DNA of 64,000 nt. It comes from Minisyncoccota bacterium (GTDB lineage Bacteria; Patescibacteriota; Minisyncoccia; Phycocordibacterales; UBA9973). The first letter of the stretch is position 1; every line of letters begins with the position of its first letter. Positions 41,692-52,253 of the stretch are shown here, in pieces. Both the position numbers and the translations under genes were made by a program. The notes beneath the pieces were generated by a model. That model saw nothing but the letters and a program-made list of their open reading frames with translations, searched no databases and was not told the DNA's origin. The stretch spans positions 15,664 to 79,663 of the forward strand of contig JALOQM010000001.1 of the NCBI GenBank assembly GCA_025453495.1. The letters are read 5' to 3'.

Positions 41692-42207
41692 TTATTTCTT
41701 AGGGAGAATTCCTAGTCGTTTATACATACCTTTTCTATACAATTCATAAGCCACAGCAGCAATAATTCCCCATATAACAAATATCTTAATATGACCTAAA
41801 AATACAACTGTATCAGTAATATGTGCGAAATAGTAAAGATTGATCGCATACACTACTCCCCAAAATAAAACAAAGTACACAACTGAAAAAAGGAGTTGCT
41901 TAAATGTAAGTTGTATCCTTTCTTCTTTTTTAAAGAAAAGGGCTTTTGTCGGCGCATAGAGTGGGGCAAGACAGAAATCAAAAACAAAAGAGAATACTCG
42001 TGATCTCCACCATTCAGAGATACTCAATGCTGGCTCTGTGATCCATAATTCACGAATAGTACCAGCAACGAAACCAAGACCAGCAAAAAGGATAATATCC
42101 CAAAGTATCAATCGATATTGTCTACCGGTAAGTTCAAAGGGGTGCAAGCAAATACGTGCTCCCCAATGTCTGAGGTAGTACTTTACAGTAGTCACGAAAG
42201 CTTCCAT
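41692..42207 (-). CDS. Hypothetical polytopic membrane protein inserted between rpsS and rplB
   Basis: 171 aa with four or more TM helices and no ribosomal homology. It splits a normally contiguous gene pair. Confidence 0.45.
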   Translation of the reverse strand: MEAFVTTVKYYLRHWGARICLHPFELTGRQYRLILWDIILFAGLGFVAGTIRELWITEPALSISEWWRSRVFSFVFDFCLAPLYAPTKALFFKKEERIQLTFKQLLFSVVYFVLFWGVVYAINLYYFAHITDTVVFLGHIKIFVIWGIIAAVAYELYRKGMYKRLGILPKK

Positions 42208-42311
42208 ATGTATAGGTTTTTGTGGATGAGATAGAACAGTAGTTGACTAGTTTGTATGCTAGCACTTCTAACAAAAAAGCCAAGTTTTCACTTGGCTTTT
42301 TTGCATACTTA

Positions 42312-43160
42312 TTATTGTGCTTTTCGCGATTTACCTGTGCGACGACGAGAGACAATGAAAATGTTTGAATATTTCTTTGGTGTACGAGTCTTTCTACCAC
42401 CAGTAATCTTACCCCAAAGTGTCTTTGGCCTGCGCGTACCACGTCCTTGCGCGCCTTCACCACCACCGTATGGATGGTCAACTGGGTTCATAGCAGAACC
42501 ACGAACTGTCGGGCGAATACCACGCCATCGCGAGCGACCAGCCTTACCGAAATTACGTAGTTTGTACTCATCATTGGAAACTGTACCGATACTCGCCCAG
42601 CAGTTCTCAGGCACCATACGAACTTCAGAAGATGGCATCTTGATGTGTGTATACCCATCGTTATTTGCAACTACTTGAGCGAAAATACCAGCACTGCGAG
42701 CTATCTTTGCACCACCGCGTGGTTTGAGTTCAACATTGTATACAAAATTACCTACTGGTATGGATTTGAGAGGAAGGCGATTGCCTGGAGCAAGCTTTGC
42801 TTTTTCCGAAACAATAAAAGTGTTACCTGGTTTAAGATCCTTTGGTACGATAACATAGCGCTTTTCACCATCAGCGTAGACTGCAAGTGCGATAAATGCT
42901 GAGCGGTTTGGATCGTACTCAATTGAAGTGATCTTTGCTGGGATATCAATCTTGTTGTACAAGAAATCGACAGTACGATATAAGCGCTTATTACCACCAC
43001 CTTTGTGGCGAGTTGTGATGCGACCCTGGTTGTTGCGCCCCACACTTCGTTTGAAGCCTTTGGTCAAAGATTTCTCAGGAGTACCACGTGTCAACACACC
43101 TCGGTATGTTACCGTTGTCATTTTTCTTCGTGATGGAGTTGTTGGTTTATACTGTTTCAT
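42312..43160 (-). CDS. rplB: 50S ribosomal protein L2
   Basis: L2 homology. Confidence 0.9.
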   Translation of the reverse strand: MKQYKPTTPSRRKMTTVTYRGVLTRGTPEKSLTKGFKRSVGRNNQGRITTRHKGGGNKRLYRTVDFLYNKIDIPAKITSIEYDPNRSAFIALAVYADGEKRYVIVPKDLKPGNTFIVSEKAKLAPGNRLPLKSIPVGNFVYNVELKPRGGAKIARSAGIFAQVVANNDGYTHIKMPSSEVRMVPENCWASIGTVSNDEYKLRNFGKAGRSRWRGIRPTVRGSAMNPVDHPYGGGEGAQGRGTRRPKTLWGKITGGRKTRTPKKYSNIFIVSRRRTGKSRKAQ

Positions 43161-43190
43161 AAAATGATTACTTGTACTGAGTATGACACA

Positions 43191-43484
43191 TTAGACAAAT
43201 TGAATAGTATCGCCTTTCTTCAAATAGACAAGAGCCTTCTTTCCTCCTTTTTTGATACCATGATTACCGCGCACAAATACTTTCTTGCTTGGTACCATCG
43301 CAACGCTAACTTTTACTGGAGTGAATTTATAGAGTGTCTGGATAGCTTTTACTACTTCTTTTTTTGTCGCATTCAGAGCAACATCAAATGTGTATACATT
43401 TTGAGCTGAAAGCATAGCTGCTTTTTCTGTAATGCGGGGCTTGAGTAGTACTGTGCTTTTCTTTTTTGTATGTGAGGTATTCAT
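43191..43484 (-). CDS. rplW: 50S ribosomal protein L23
   Basis: L23 homology. Confidence 0.85.
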   Translation of the reverse strand: MNTSHTKKKSTVLLKPRITEKAAMLSAQNVYTFDVALNATKKEVVKAIQTLYKFTPVKVSVAMVPSKKVFVRGNHGIKKGGKKALVYLKKGDTIQFV

Positions 43485-43493
43485 GGCAGTGAT

Positions 43494-44234
43494 TTATTTT
43501 GCGCGGGCTGAAAGTGACTTTACTGTTGCTTCAGGATCGACGAACACGAGGTATTTATGATTGAGCACATCAAGCGGCGAGAGCATAGCTGTAGTGCCAA
43601 GTTCAACGTTCGGCAAGTTTGCAAAACTCTTTTCTACTGTCTGATTTTTTTCAGCAAGAGCGATATACGCCGCTGGCTTTCGCGCATTCTTCATTTTTTC
43701 AAAACCGGAAATACCCGCAAGTGCTGCTACGACGGTGGCAGCACTTTTCGTTTTAATTTCCGAAAGAGAGAGTGTATCGACAAAAAGCACTTGACCATCC
43801 TTAAATTTCTTTGAAAGCAATGTGAAGAATGCTTTGCTTTTCATTTTCTTATTTATCTTTTTGGTGTAGTTGCGCTCATTGCGAGGACCATGTGCAACGC
43901 CACCACCAACCCAAATTGGAGAACGAGTAGAACCATGACGCGCTCGGCCAGTACCCTTTTGCTTCCAAGGTTTTTTGCCAGTACCTGATACTTCACCACG
44001 GAATTTGGTGTGTGCAGTATTTGCACGAGCATTTGAAAGCATGCTTGTGACAACTTGATGCACAAGATCACGATTCCATCCAAGACCGAACTGTTCAGCA
44101 GCAAGCTCAAATGTGCTGGATTCTTTACCCTTCTGATCATAGACTTTCGTAGAAAGTGTGCCAGTTACTGGAGTCTTTTTATTCTTTTTTGCGGTAGTTT
44201 TTTCCATAAAGAATTTAGCCAAATATTTCGACAA
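43494..44234 (-). CDS. rplD: 50S ribosomal protein L4
   Basis: L4 homology. Confidence 0.9.
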   Translation of the reverse strand: MSKYLAKFFMEKTTAKKNKKTPVTGTLSTKVYDQKGKESSTFELAAEQFGLGWNRDLVHQVVTSMLSNARANTAHTKFRGEVSGTGKKPWKQKGTGRARHGSTRSPIWVGGGVAHGPRNERNYTKKINKKMKSKAFFTLLSKKFKDGQVLFVDTLSLSEIKTKSAATVVAALAGISGFEKMKNARKPAAYIALAEKNQTVEKSFANLPNVELGTTAMLSPLDVLNHKYLVFVDPEATVKSLSARAK

Positions 44235-44826
44235 GTGTACCGCGGCGGCCCGGAATTGCTCCTTTTATAAGGAGCTGATTGTTATCCGTGTCAATATCGA
44301 CGATTTTTAGGTTGCCTACTGTCTTGCGCACACCTCCAGTGCGACCTGCCATACGCATACCCTTTGGAACTCGAGTACGAAGACCACCGCCGATTGAGCC
44401 TGGTTCACGCTCTGAGTGCTTCTGACCATGAGAGCGTGGGCCACCCTTGAAATTATAACGTTTAACAACACCTTGGAATCCTTTTGCTTTTGAGACAGCA
44501 GCAACGTCCACGGCATCTCCGATTGTAAAGATAGAAACATCGACAGTATCGCCTTGCTTCATACCATGTGCTGCATCTTCGACACGTACTTCTTTGAGGA
44601 TAGCAAATAGGCCGAGCTCTTTCATGTGGCCTGAAAGTGCTTTTGAGAGACGCTCCTTTTTCTGAGGACCATAGCCAAATTGCAGTGCAGTATAGCCATC
44701 TGTTTCAGAATTCTTGACCTGGACGAGAGTCATTGGACCTGCATCAACGAGGGTCGCTGGGACAGCTCTACCTTCAGGAGTAAAGTACTGCACCATATTG
44801 AGTTTTTTGCCGAGAATAAATTTCAT
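44215..44826 (-). CDS. rplC: 50S ribosomal protein L3
   Basis: L3 homology. Confidence 0.9.
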   Translation of the reverse strand: MKFILGKKLNMVQYFTPEGRAVPATLVDAGPMTLVQVKNSETDGYTALQFGYGPQKKERLSKALSGHMKELGLFAILKEVRVEDAAHGMKQGDTVDVSIFTIGDAVDVAAVSKAKGFQGVVKRYNFKGGPRSHGQKHSEREPGSIGGGLRTRVPKGMRMAGRTGGVRKTVGNLKIVDIDTDNNQLLIKGAIPGRRGTLVEIFG

Positions 44827-44903
44827 TGGTTTAGGTCTAGGATCTAAGGTGTGGAATGCATTACTACATCTACCGACTGCGTACTATAGCTAGCGAAGCT
44901 AGA

Positions 44904-45272
44904 CTACATCATTTTGACATCGATATCAACTCCTGATGGAAGAGAAAGGTTTGTTAGTGCTTCAATCGTCTTTGCATTCGGATTAGCGATATCGATGACA
45001 CGCTTATGTACTCGAATCTCAAACTGCTCACGTGCATTCTTATAGATAAATGGAGAGCGGTTAACAGTGTACTTCTTTATCTCTGTTGGAAGCGGTGTCG
45101 GACCCATTATAGTCGCATCATGACGAACTGCTGTGTCCATGATCTGCTTGACTGAGTTGTCGAGTATTTTGTTCTCATACGCGCGCACTCTGATCCGTAG
45201 GAGTACTTGTCCTTCTTCTTTGTTAGTTTTTTGTTTTGTTTTTGTTGTTGGCATTTTTAGTAGTTCCGACAC
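44904..45272 (-). CDS. rpsJ: 30S ribosomal protein S10
   Basis: S10 homology. Confidence 0.9.
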   Translation of the reverse strand: MSELLKMPTTKTKQKTNKEEGQVLLRIRVRAYENKILDNSVKQIMDTAVRHDATIMGPTPLPTEIKKYTVNRSPFIYKNAREQFEIRVHKRVIDIANPNAKTIEALTNLSLPSGVDIDVKMM

Positions 45273-45315
45273 TTCGGTCGGAATTCCGATTTTGCCCTAG
45301 GGCAAACGTCGGGGC

Positions 45316-46512
45316 TTACGCGACAATCTTTGTGACGACACCCGCACCGACAGTCTTACCACCTTCACGGATAGCAAAACGAGTCTGGTCTTCAAGCGCA
45401 ACTGGAGCAACAAGCTTCACCTTGAAAGTGACTGTATCGCCTGGCATAACCATTTCGACACCAGCATTCAAAGTAACATCACCAGTAACGTCTGTTGTAC
45501 GAATGTAAAACTGTGGCTTGTACCCTGAGAAGAATGGAGTGTGACGTCCGCCTTCTTCTTTCTTCAAGATATAGACTTCTGCTTCAAATTCAGTATGTGG
45601 GGTAACAGAGCCTGGCTTTGCAAGCACTTGACCGCGTGTGAGGTCTTCCTTCTTAATACCACGAAGGAGGATACCAGCATTGTCGCCAGCCATGCCTTCT
45701 TTGAGAGACTTGTTAAACATTTCGATACCAGTGATTGTTGTCTTTGTAGTATCTTTGATACCAACGATTTCAACATCTTCACCAACCTTACAGATACCAC
45801 GTTCGATACGGCCAGTGACAACTGTACCACGACCTTCGATAGAGAAAATGTCTTCAATAGGCATGAGGAACGGCTTTGCTGTATCGCGCTCTGGCAGTGG
45901 GATATACGTGTCGAGTGCATTTGCAAGCTCAAGTACCTTCTTTGCCCATTCGTCCTCGTTGTTTGCTGACTCGAGCGCCTTGAGACCTGAGCCACGGATA
46001 ACTGGACAATCCTTGTCAAAGCCCTGCTTTTCGAGAAGTTCACGAATTTCTTCTTCGACGAGATCAATCATATCCTTGTCGTCAACCATGTCGCACTTGT
46101 TGAGGAACACGATGATACGAGGCACACCAACCTGGCGTGCGAGAAGGATGTGCTCACGTGTCTGTGGCATTGCGCCGTCAGTTGCTGCAACTACAAGCAC
46201 TGCGCCATCCATTTGTGCAGCACCAGTAATCATGTTCTTGATATAGTCAGCGTGACCTGGGGCATCAATGTGTGCATAGTGACGAGTCGGTGACTCGTAC
46301 TCGTTGTGCGAGAGAGCGATCGTGATACCACGCGCTTTTTCTTCTGGGGCATTGTCAATATCGCCGACGCCCTTAAGCTTTGCACTATAGCCACCCCCTT
46401 GGCGACCAAGCACTGTCAAAATAGCCGCAGTAAGAGTTGTCTTACCGTGGTCCACGTGACCGATTGTACCAACGTTCACGTGTGGTTTGTCTCTGTTAAA
46501 TTCTTCTGCCAT
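45316..46512 (-). CDS. tuf: Elongation factor Tu (start set at [13 protein letters not shown])
   Basis: G-domain motifs [14 protein letters not shown] and NKCD; full-length EF-Tu. Confidence 0.95.
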   Translation of the reverse strand: MAEEFNRDKPHVNVGTIGHVDHGKTTLTAAILTVLGRQGGGYSAKLKGVGDIDNAPEEKARGITIALSHNEYESPTRHYAHIDAPGHADYIKNMITGAAQMDGAVLVVAATDGAMPQTREHILLARQVGVPRIIVFLNKCDMVDDKDMIDLVEEEIRELLEKQGFDKDCPVIRGSGLKALESANNEDEWAKKVLELANALDTYIPLPERDTAKPFLMPIEDIFSIEGRGTVVTGRIERGICKVGEDVEIVGIKDTTKTTITGIEMFNKSLKEGMAGDNAGILLRGIKKEDLTRGQVLAKPGSVTPHTEFEAEVYILKKEEGGRHTPFFSGYKPQFYIRTTDVTGDVTLNAGVEMVMPGDTVTFKVKLVAPVALEDQTRFAIREGGKTVGAGVVTKIVA

Positions 46513-46721
46513 AAAATTACTCTTAAAAATAACTAATAAATAATAGTCAACTAAAAACAAAAACAACGCAAAAATGCGATTGCAAACCATACTAGCGGAA
46601 AAAAGTTGTAGAGTCAACCCCACACTACATTTTTGTGATGCATGAAATACATACTAAAAGTGAATTGCCAAAATCCAGTACACAGTCAAGTCCTTTATTT
46701 AAAAAATAACGCCCCGGAATG

Positions 46722-46748
46722 ACAAAACCACCCAAAGGGTGGTTTTGT
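46722..46748 (-). terminator. Hairpin (possible attenuator or terminator) between fusA and tuf
   Basis: aaaaccacccaaagggtggtttt inverted repeat. Confidence 0.3.
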
Positions 46749-46875
46749 CTGCGTCAGAAGACGCGAGAAGAACTGATAAAAAATTTCTTGAAAGAGTATA
46801 GCATCTCTGTTCTAAAGAAATACTAAGGATAGAAAAACCTATCTCCGAACCTGTGAATCCACTGTAGGTACTAAT

Positions 46876-49017
46876 TTATTTACGTGACTCGATGATCGTT
46901 GTCGCAACATTTTGCGGCACCACGTCATAACGAAGGAATTCCATAGTAAAGCTTGCGCGACCTTCGGTCATAGAACGGAGGTTTGTTGTATAGCCAAACA
47001 TTTCAGACAACGGGACAACCGCCTTGAGTACCTGATTCATACCGCGTGGCTCCATACCTTCAATAAGACCGCGCTTTGAAGAGATTGAGCCGGTGACATC
47101 ACCCATGAATTTATCTGGAGTGACAACCTCAACTCGCATCATCGGCTCAAGAATAACTGGTTTTGCCATCTTTGCAGCATCTTGAATTGCCATAGAAGCA
47201 GCAATTTTGAAAGCCATTTCGTTTGAGTCGACTTCGTGATAAGAACCATCCCACAATTCGACTGACACATTAACCATCTTGAAGCCAGCGAGAATACCAC
47301 GATCAAGGCCTTCTTTGAAGCCCTTTTCACAGGCAGGAATATATTCCTGAGGGATAACGCCTCCCTTGATGGTGTTGATAAATTCAAATGCATCTGAGCG
47401 TTTGACAGTCTTTGGTAGGTCAGCAGGATCGATACTAAGATCCATTGGCTTGACCTTGATCTTGACGTGTCCGTAGTTGCCACGGCCACCAGATTGCTTG
47501 ATGTATTTACCTTCGACTTCTGCGTTGCCGGTGATGGTTTCACGATACGCAACCTGCGGCTTACCGACATTTGCCTCAACATTGAACTCACGCTTCATGC
47601 GGTCAACGATGATTTCGAGGTGGAGTTCTCCCATGCCGGCGATAATTGTTTCATTTGTTTCAGAATCAGTCGTAACCTTGAATGTAGGGTCTTCATCAGC
47701 GAGACGATTGAGTGCCATACCCATCTTTTCTTGATCAGCTTTTGTCTTCGGCTCAATACGAAGCGAGATAACTGGTTCTGGGAACTTGATACGATCAAGC
47801 TCAATCGGCGCGTCTTCACTACAGAGCGAGTCAGAAGTCTTTGTATCTTTGAGACCAACTGCTGCCGCAATTTCACCAGCAAAAACCTTTTTCACTTCCT
47901 CACGCTGATCTGCTTGCATGCGGACAATACGGCCGATGCGCTCTTTGTTGCGTGTGCGAGGATTGTAGATATACGAACCAGCTTCGAGTGTACCTGAATA
48001 GACACGGAAGAAGACAAGTTGACCGACGAACGGATCAGCCATGAGCTTAAACGCAAGCGCAGAAAATGGCGCTTTATCATCGGCTACACGAGTATCAGGA
48101 GCTTCAGTCTCAGGATTAATACCATTGATTGCAGGGATATCAAGTGGACTTGGGAGATAGTCGACGACGGCATCAAGAACAAGCTGCACTCCCTTATTTT
48201 TGAGCGCTGAGCCCGCATAGACTGGAAATATATCATTTGCAATAACCGCCTTTCTGAGTGCTTTTTTAAGATCTTCAAGGGACGGTTCGTTGCCTTCAAG
48301 ATATGCATTCATCATCACTTCATCATGCTCAACTATGCGCTCAATGAATTCAGCACGATACTTCTTGGCATCATCCATGAGTTCCGCTGGAACTTCTTTT
48401 TCGACTACTTTGTTTCCCATGTCTCCTTCAAAGTAAAATGCCTTCATAGTGAGGAGATCGATGACACCTTCATGTTTGTCTTCAAGACCTATCGGGATCT
48501 GTGCCCGGACAGCCTTTTTAGAGAGACGGTCAAGGATTGTCTTATATGAATGCTCAAATGACGCACCTGTTCGGTCAAGCTTGTTTACAAAACAGATACG
48601 TGGCACATTTGCCTCATCGGCATAGCGCCAGTTTGTCTCAGACTGTGGCTCAACACCGGCAACACCGTCAAAGACAACCACTGCACCGTCAAGGACACGC
48701 AGTGAGCGTTTCACTTCTACAGTGAAGTCAATGTGTCCAGGAGTGTCGATGATATTGAAGCGGAAACGCTTGTTTTTGTCTTGATTTGCGTATGTCGGGA
48801 TCCAAGTACAGGTAACGGCAGCTGCAGTAATAGTGATACCGCGCTCTCGCTCTTGTTCCATCCAGTCAGTAGTAGTCTCACCCTCGTGCACTTCACCAAT
48901 CTTATGAGACATGCCTGTATAGAAAAGGACACGCTCAGATGTCGTGGTCTTACCGGCATCGATGTGCGCGATAATACCGAAGTTTCTTGTTTTTTCTAGG
49001 GAATATTCTCGTTCCAT
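46876..49017 (-). CDS. fusA: Elongation factor G
   Basis: [10 protein letters not shown]-domain and full five-domain length. Confidence 0.95.
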   Translation of the reverse strand: MEREYSLEKTRNFGIIAHIDAGKTTTSERVLFYTGMSHKIGEVHEGETTTDWMEQERERGITITAAAVTCTWIPTYANQDKNKRFRFNIIDTPGHIDFTVEVKRSLRVLDGAVVVFDGVAGVEPQSETNWRYADEANVPRICFVNKLDRTGASFEHSYKTILDRLSKKAVRAQIPIGLEDKHEGVIDLLTMKAFYFEGDMGNKVVEKEVPAELMDDAKKYRAEFIERIVEHDEVMMNAYLEGNEPSLEDLKKALRKAVIANDIFPVYAGSALKNKGVQLVLDAVVDYLPSPLDIPAINGINPETEAPDTRVADDKAPFSALAFKLMADPFVGQLVFFRVYSGTLEAGSYIYNPRTRNKERIGRIVRMQADQREEVKKVFAGEIAAAVGLKDTKTSDSLCSEDAPIELDRIKFPEPVISLRIEPKTKADQEKMGMALNRLADEDPTFKVTTDSETNETIIAGMGELHLEIIVDRMKREFNVEANVGKPQVAYRETITGNAEVEGKYIKQSGGRGNYGHVKIKVKPMDLSIDPADLPKTVKRSDAFEFINTIKGGVIPQEYIPACEKGFKEGLDRGILAGFKMVNVSVELWDGSYHEVDSNEMAFKIAASMAIQDAAKMAKPVILEPMMRVEVVTPDKFMGDVTGSISSKRGLIEGMEPRGMNQVLKAVVPLSEMFGYTTNLRSMTEGRASFTMEFLRYDVVPQNVATTIIESRK

Positions 49018-49204
49018 GAATTCGCTTTTAGGTGCTAGCTTCTAGCTGCTAGCTGTAAATAAATAGTAAATAAAAATGCTAGTAGCTAACTGCTAGTAGT
49101 TAGCGACTAGACAAAGACCGAACCGCCTTTAGTGAGTGCATAGTACGCTATTTAGTCGGTTTTTGCAATCTTGCGATTTATTGAAAACATTGAAAATGAA
49201 TCCT

Positions 49205-49246
49205 GTAAAATAAAAATGCCCGCCTTTTATTGAAGGCGAGCATTTT
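49205..49246 (-). terminator. Rho-independent terminator after the nucleoside phosphorylase gene
   Basis: aatgcccgcctt/aaggcgagcatt hairpin followed by a minus-strand U-run. Confidence 0.45.
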
Positions 49247-49263
49247 ATTCCTTTACTTGCTCA

Positions 49264-50151
49264 CTAAGCAATTGCTGGAACAAATGTAAGTGCTCTAACA
49301 CACCCATCGATAACGCGAGAGAATCGCTCATCTGCATCTGATACCATAGAAAGATTATTCTGGTGAGTAATCTTCTTTGCTGCTTTTCCAATCAGGTTGG
49401 TTATGAGGGTAAGTCCAAGCACTTTTGCACCAAACTGTCGTACTGCAATAACTTCAGGAATCATTGACATTCCGATAACATCTGCTTGTGGTGAGTATTT
49501 GCGCTCAATTTCAGCATCTGTCTCAAGTTCAGGTCCAGGAACAGCTGTATATACGACAGTGTTTGCAAAAAGACGACCTATTTGTTCTTGAGATTTTTTG
49601 ATCCACTCTCGGTCATAGCAGTTTTGCATAGAGACAAAGCGATCAAGTTTAAACTCATCACCATCATTCTTTTTTAATACGGTAGGAAACCCACGAAGTG
49701 GACTATCACCGAGATTATTGACATGATCGTATATGAAAGCGATGTCACCCACTTCATATTCTTCTCCCATTGAACCAGAAGCATTTGTAAAAATGAAATT
49801 GTTTACCCCGCAGACACATAATGTACGTACCGGCAGTACAATTGCATGCATAGTAACACCTTCAAAATAATGAAGCCTACCCTGCACAACACAGACAAGG
49901 GCACCCGAGAGATAGCCAACGTGGACCATACCACTGTGACCTTCTACAGTTGGCTCTGTAAAACCAAGCACGGAAAAAGAAATTTGTTTGCTTTTTTGAA
50001 GCATAGCAATAATGTTTTCCGAACCATTTGTACCGGTACAAATTGCTACTTTCGGAGTCTCAAATCCATTTCTTAGAAGAAAATTTGCAAATCGATTCGC
50101 CGAAGCGTTAATCTGGCGACTGAGTTCTTGTTGTGTTACAGGATGTGTCAT
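49264..50151 (-). CDS. Purine nucleoside / methylthioadenosine phosphorylase family protein (PNP_UDP_1)
   Basis: GTNGSENI and MSMIPEVIAVRQFGAKVLGLTLITN are characteristic of the PunA/MTAP family. Confidence 0.75.
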   Translation of the reverse strand: MTHPVTQQELSRQINASANRFANFLLRNGFETPKVAICTGTNGSENIIAMLQKSKQISFSVLGFTEPTVEGHSGMVHVGYLSGALVCVVQGRLHYFEGVTMHAIVLPVRTLCVCGVNNFIFTNASGSMGEEYEVGDIAFIYDHVNNLGDSPLRGFPTVLKKNDGDEFKLDRFVSMQNCYDREWIKKSQEQIGRLFANTVVYTAVPGPELETDAEIERKYSPQADVIGMSMIPEVIAVRQFGAKVLGLTLITNLIGKAAKKITHQNNLSMVSDADERFSRVIDGCVRALTFVPAIA

Positions 50152-50275
50152 AACCTTGAATTTTTAGTGAGTGAGTATTGATTTGATTAAGAACAAATTT
50201 ATACCTAGACTACTGAAATAATAAAAATGGTCAAGTAAAAATAAAATCCCCTTGCTTTTTATAGCAAGGGGATTT

Positions 50276-50980
50276 TTACGCCAAGCTGCGTGAGAGTACT
50301 ACTTCTGCATACTGGTCGGGTTGCAGTACCTCACTTGGATTGTCCCATGAGGGATTTTTGCCGATTGTCTGCTCGGTAAATTTGTCACGCACACCATTTG
50401 TATTGACGAGCGGTGGTTTCTCAATGACGATATCCATAAACGTACCAAGCTTCTTGAGCAGAAGACCAAACTCTGTGACGCGAATCATGGATTGTACATA
50501 CCCTTCTTCGTTCACGCGTCGCGGATCGTCATCCTTGAAATCTGCCGCCTGCGAAGCAATAAACGTCACAAGCATCTGCGCACAGTGTATTCCATACAAA
50601 TCAAGCAGTGCGTCAATGACGGTTTCTTTGGTGAGATAATTGTCAAGATTGAGCGCCACGATCGCGCTTTGCCGCTTTTGCTCGGGCGTCTCGCCGGGAA
50701 ATGTATGATCCCAGGCAAACCTGCCTGCCACCAGGTATACGTGATTAAACACAATGCCAGCGTTGTGCCATTTTCTGATACTCTCATACACGCTTTCACT
50801 GTCCGTGAGTACACATTGCGAAAAAACAATATTCGGGTGTTCTGCAAACATACTATGCGCCCTTGCGATATCACCACGCACCAGTGCGTAAATTGTGTAG
50901 CCTTTGGCAAGTAGTGCACGAGCGATAGCTCCACCAATTCCGCCAGTTGCGCCTGTTATAAGTGCTGTTTTTGTTTTCAT
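50276..50980 (-). CDS. Short-chain dehydrogenase/reductase-like NAD(P)-binding protein
   Basis: N-terminal TGATGGIGGAIARAL Rossmann motif. Confidence 0.6.
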   Translation of the reverse strand: MKTKTALITGATGGIGGAIARALLAKGYTIYALVRGDIARAHSMFAEHPNIVFSQCVLTDSESVYESIRKWHNAGIVFNHVYLVAGRFAWDHTFPGETPEQKRQSAIVALNLDNYLTKETVIDALLDLYGIHCAQMLVTFIASQAADFKDDDPRRVNEEGYVQSMIRVTEFGLLLKKLGTFMDIVIEKPPLVNTNGVRDKFTEQTIGKNPSWDNPSEVLQPDQYAEVVLSRSLA

Positions 50981-51070
50981 AGTTATTTTGGTTTTCTTAG
51001 ATAAGAATACTCTGCTTCAAAGCAAAAATCCACCAGTATGGTGGATTTTTTAATTTCGTCTAGAAAAATA

Positions 51071-51541
51071 TTACCAAGCGAAGTGTGCAAATGCTTTGTT
51101 TGATTCTGCCATCTTGTGTGTGTCGTCTTTCTTTTTTATGGCTGCACCTTCATTTTTGCTTGCAAGAATGAGTTCATCGGCGAGTTTGATGTGCATTGGG
51201 CGACCTTTGCCAGCGCGTGCTGCACCGATAATCCAAGTCATTGCAAGGAGCTGGCGACGCTCAGGGCGAACTTCACGTGGCACCTGGTAGTTGGCACCAC
51301 CAATACGACGAGAACGCACTTCTGTAGATGGACCTGCATTTCTGATTGCGGCATCAAATATCTCAAGAGGGTTCTCTACTTTTGACTTTTCTTTGATGAG
51401 GTCGAGTGCACCGTAGACAACGTTACGTGCGGTCTCTTTTTTGCCACTCCACATGACATAGTTTATGAATTTGCCGAGACTATCAGAGTTGTAGACTATG
51501 TCTGCCTGGGCGATATTTCTATTTTTGACTTTTCTTCGCAT
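51071..51541 (-). CDS. rpsG: 30S ribosomal protein S7
   Basis: S7 homology. Confidence 0.9.
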   Translation of the reverse strand: MRRKVKNRNIAQADIVYNSDSLGKFINYVMWSGKKETARNVVYGALDLIKEKSKVENPLEIFDAAIRNAGPSTEVRSRRIGGANYQVPREVRPERRQLLAMTWIIGAARAGKGRPMHIKLADELILASKNEGAAIKKKDDTHKMAESNKAFAHFAW

Positions 51542-51561
51542 ATGTTAAATCGTCTTGAAAA

Positions 51562-51984
51562 TTATTTTGCTCCTTTCTTTGCTTTCTTGTTGCCGTAGAG
51601 GGAACGTCCTTGGCGGCGTTTTTCGACACCTTGCGTATCAAGAACGCCACGAACGATGTGGTAGCGTACGCCGATCAAATCCTTCACACGACCACCACGA
51701 AGCATAACTACTGAGTGTTCCTGGAGGTTATGTCCTTCACCAGGGATATAAGCAGTGACTTCCATGCCATTTGTGAGGCGCACACGGGCGATTTTTCGAA
51801 GTGCTGAGTTTGGCTTCTTTGGGGTTGTAGTGGTCACTTTTGTGCACACGCCACGCTTAAATGGAGATGCGTAGAAATTCGGCTTATTTGCAAGTGAATT
51901 GAAGCCGCGCGCGAGTGCGACTGCTTTTGATTTCTTTGCCGTTGTTTTGCGGCTCTTGCGTACGAGTTGATTGATTGTTGGCAT
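51562..51984 (-). CDS. rpsL: 30S ribosomal protein S12 (with an internal ~15-aa insertion near the N-terminus)
   Basis: S12 homology ([10 protein letters not shown]..., [10 protein letters not shown]). Confidence 0.9.
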   Translation of the reverse strand: MPTINQLVRKSRKTTAKKSKAVALARGFNSLANKPNFYASPFKRGVCTKVTTTTPKKPNSALRKIARVRLTNGMEVTAYIPGEGHNLQEHSVVMLRGGRVKDLIGVRYHIVRGVLDTQGVEKRRQGRSLYGNKKAKKGAK

Positions 51985-52152
51985 ATGTTTGCAAGGAGCA
52001 CTTTACTATGCCCTGCCTAAAAATGCAAGGGTTTCTGAGAAAATTGATAAAAATGAGCTTCTCTTATATAGTGAGAAGGTTCGGGTCAGTTGCATCCCTA
52101 AACCAAAAGCAGTACTTTTAGTCGGGCGAATAAATTTGAAAATTGTTTTAGC

Positions 52153-52228
52153 CACCCTTAGCTCAGTTGGTAGAGCAGTCGTCTTATACACGACCGGTCC
52201 ATGGTTCGAGTCCATGAGGGTGGACCAG
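52153..52228 (+). tRNA. tRNA with anticodon UAU (Ile2-type by anticodon; identity not otherwise established); C1:G72, CCA encoded
   Basis: Canonical 76-nt numbering: acceptor CCACCCT/AGGGTGG, T8, A14, G18G19, anticodon stem GTCGT/ACGAC with loop CTTATAC, T-arm CCATGG-TTCGAGT, A73-CCA. The D-arm is identical to tRNA-Lys-type sequences. Confidence 0.75.
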
Positions 52229-52253
52229 AAAAATACGGTATACTAGTAGATAT

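Noticed and set aside
45541-48999. Multiple antisense or internal ORFs within tuf and fusA
   Set aside because: They are embedded in highly conserved EF-Tu and EF-G reading frames and are spurious.
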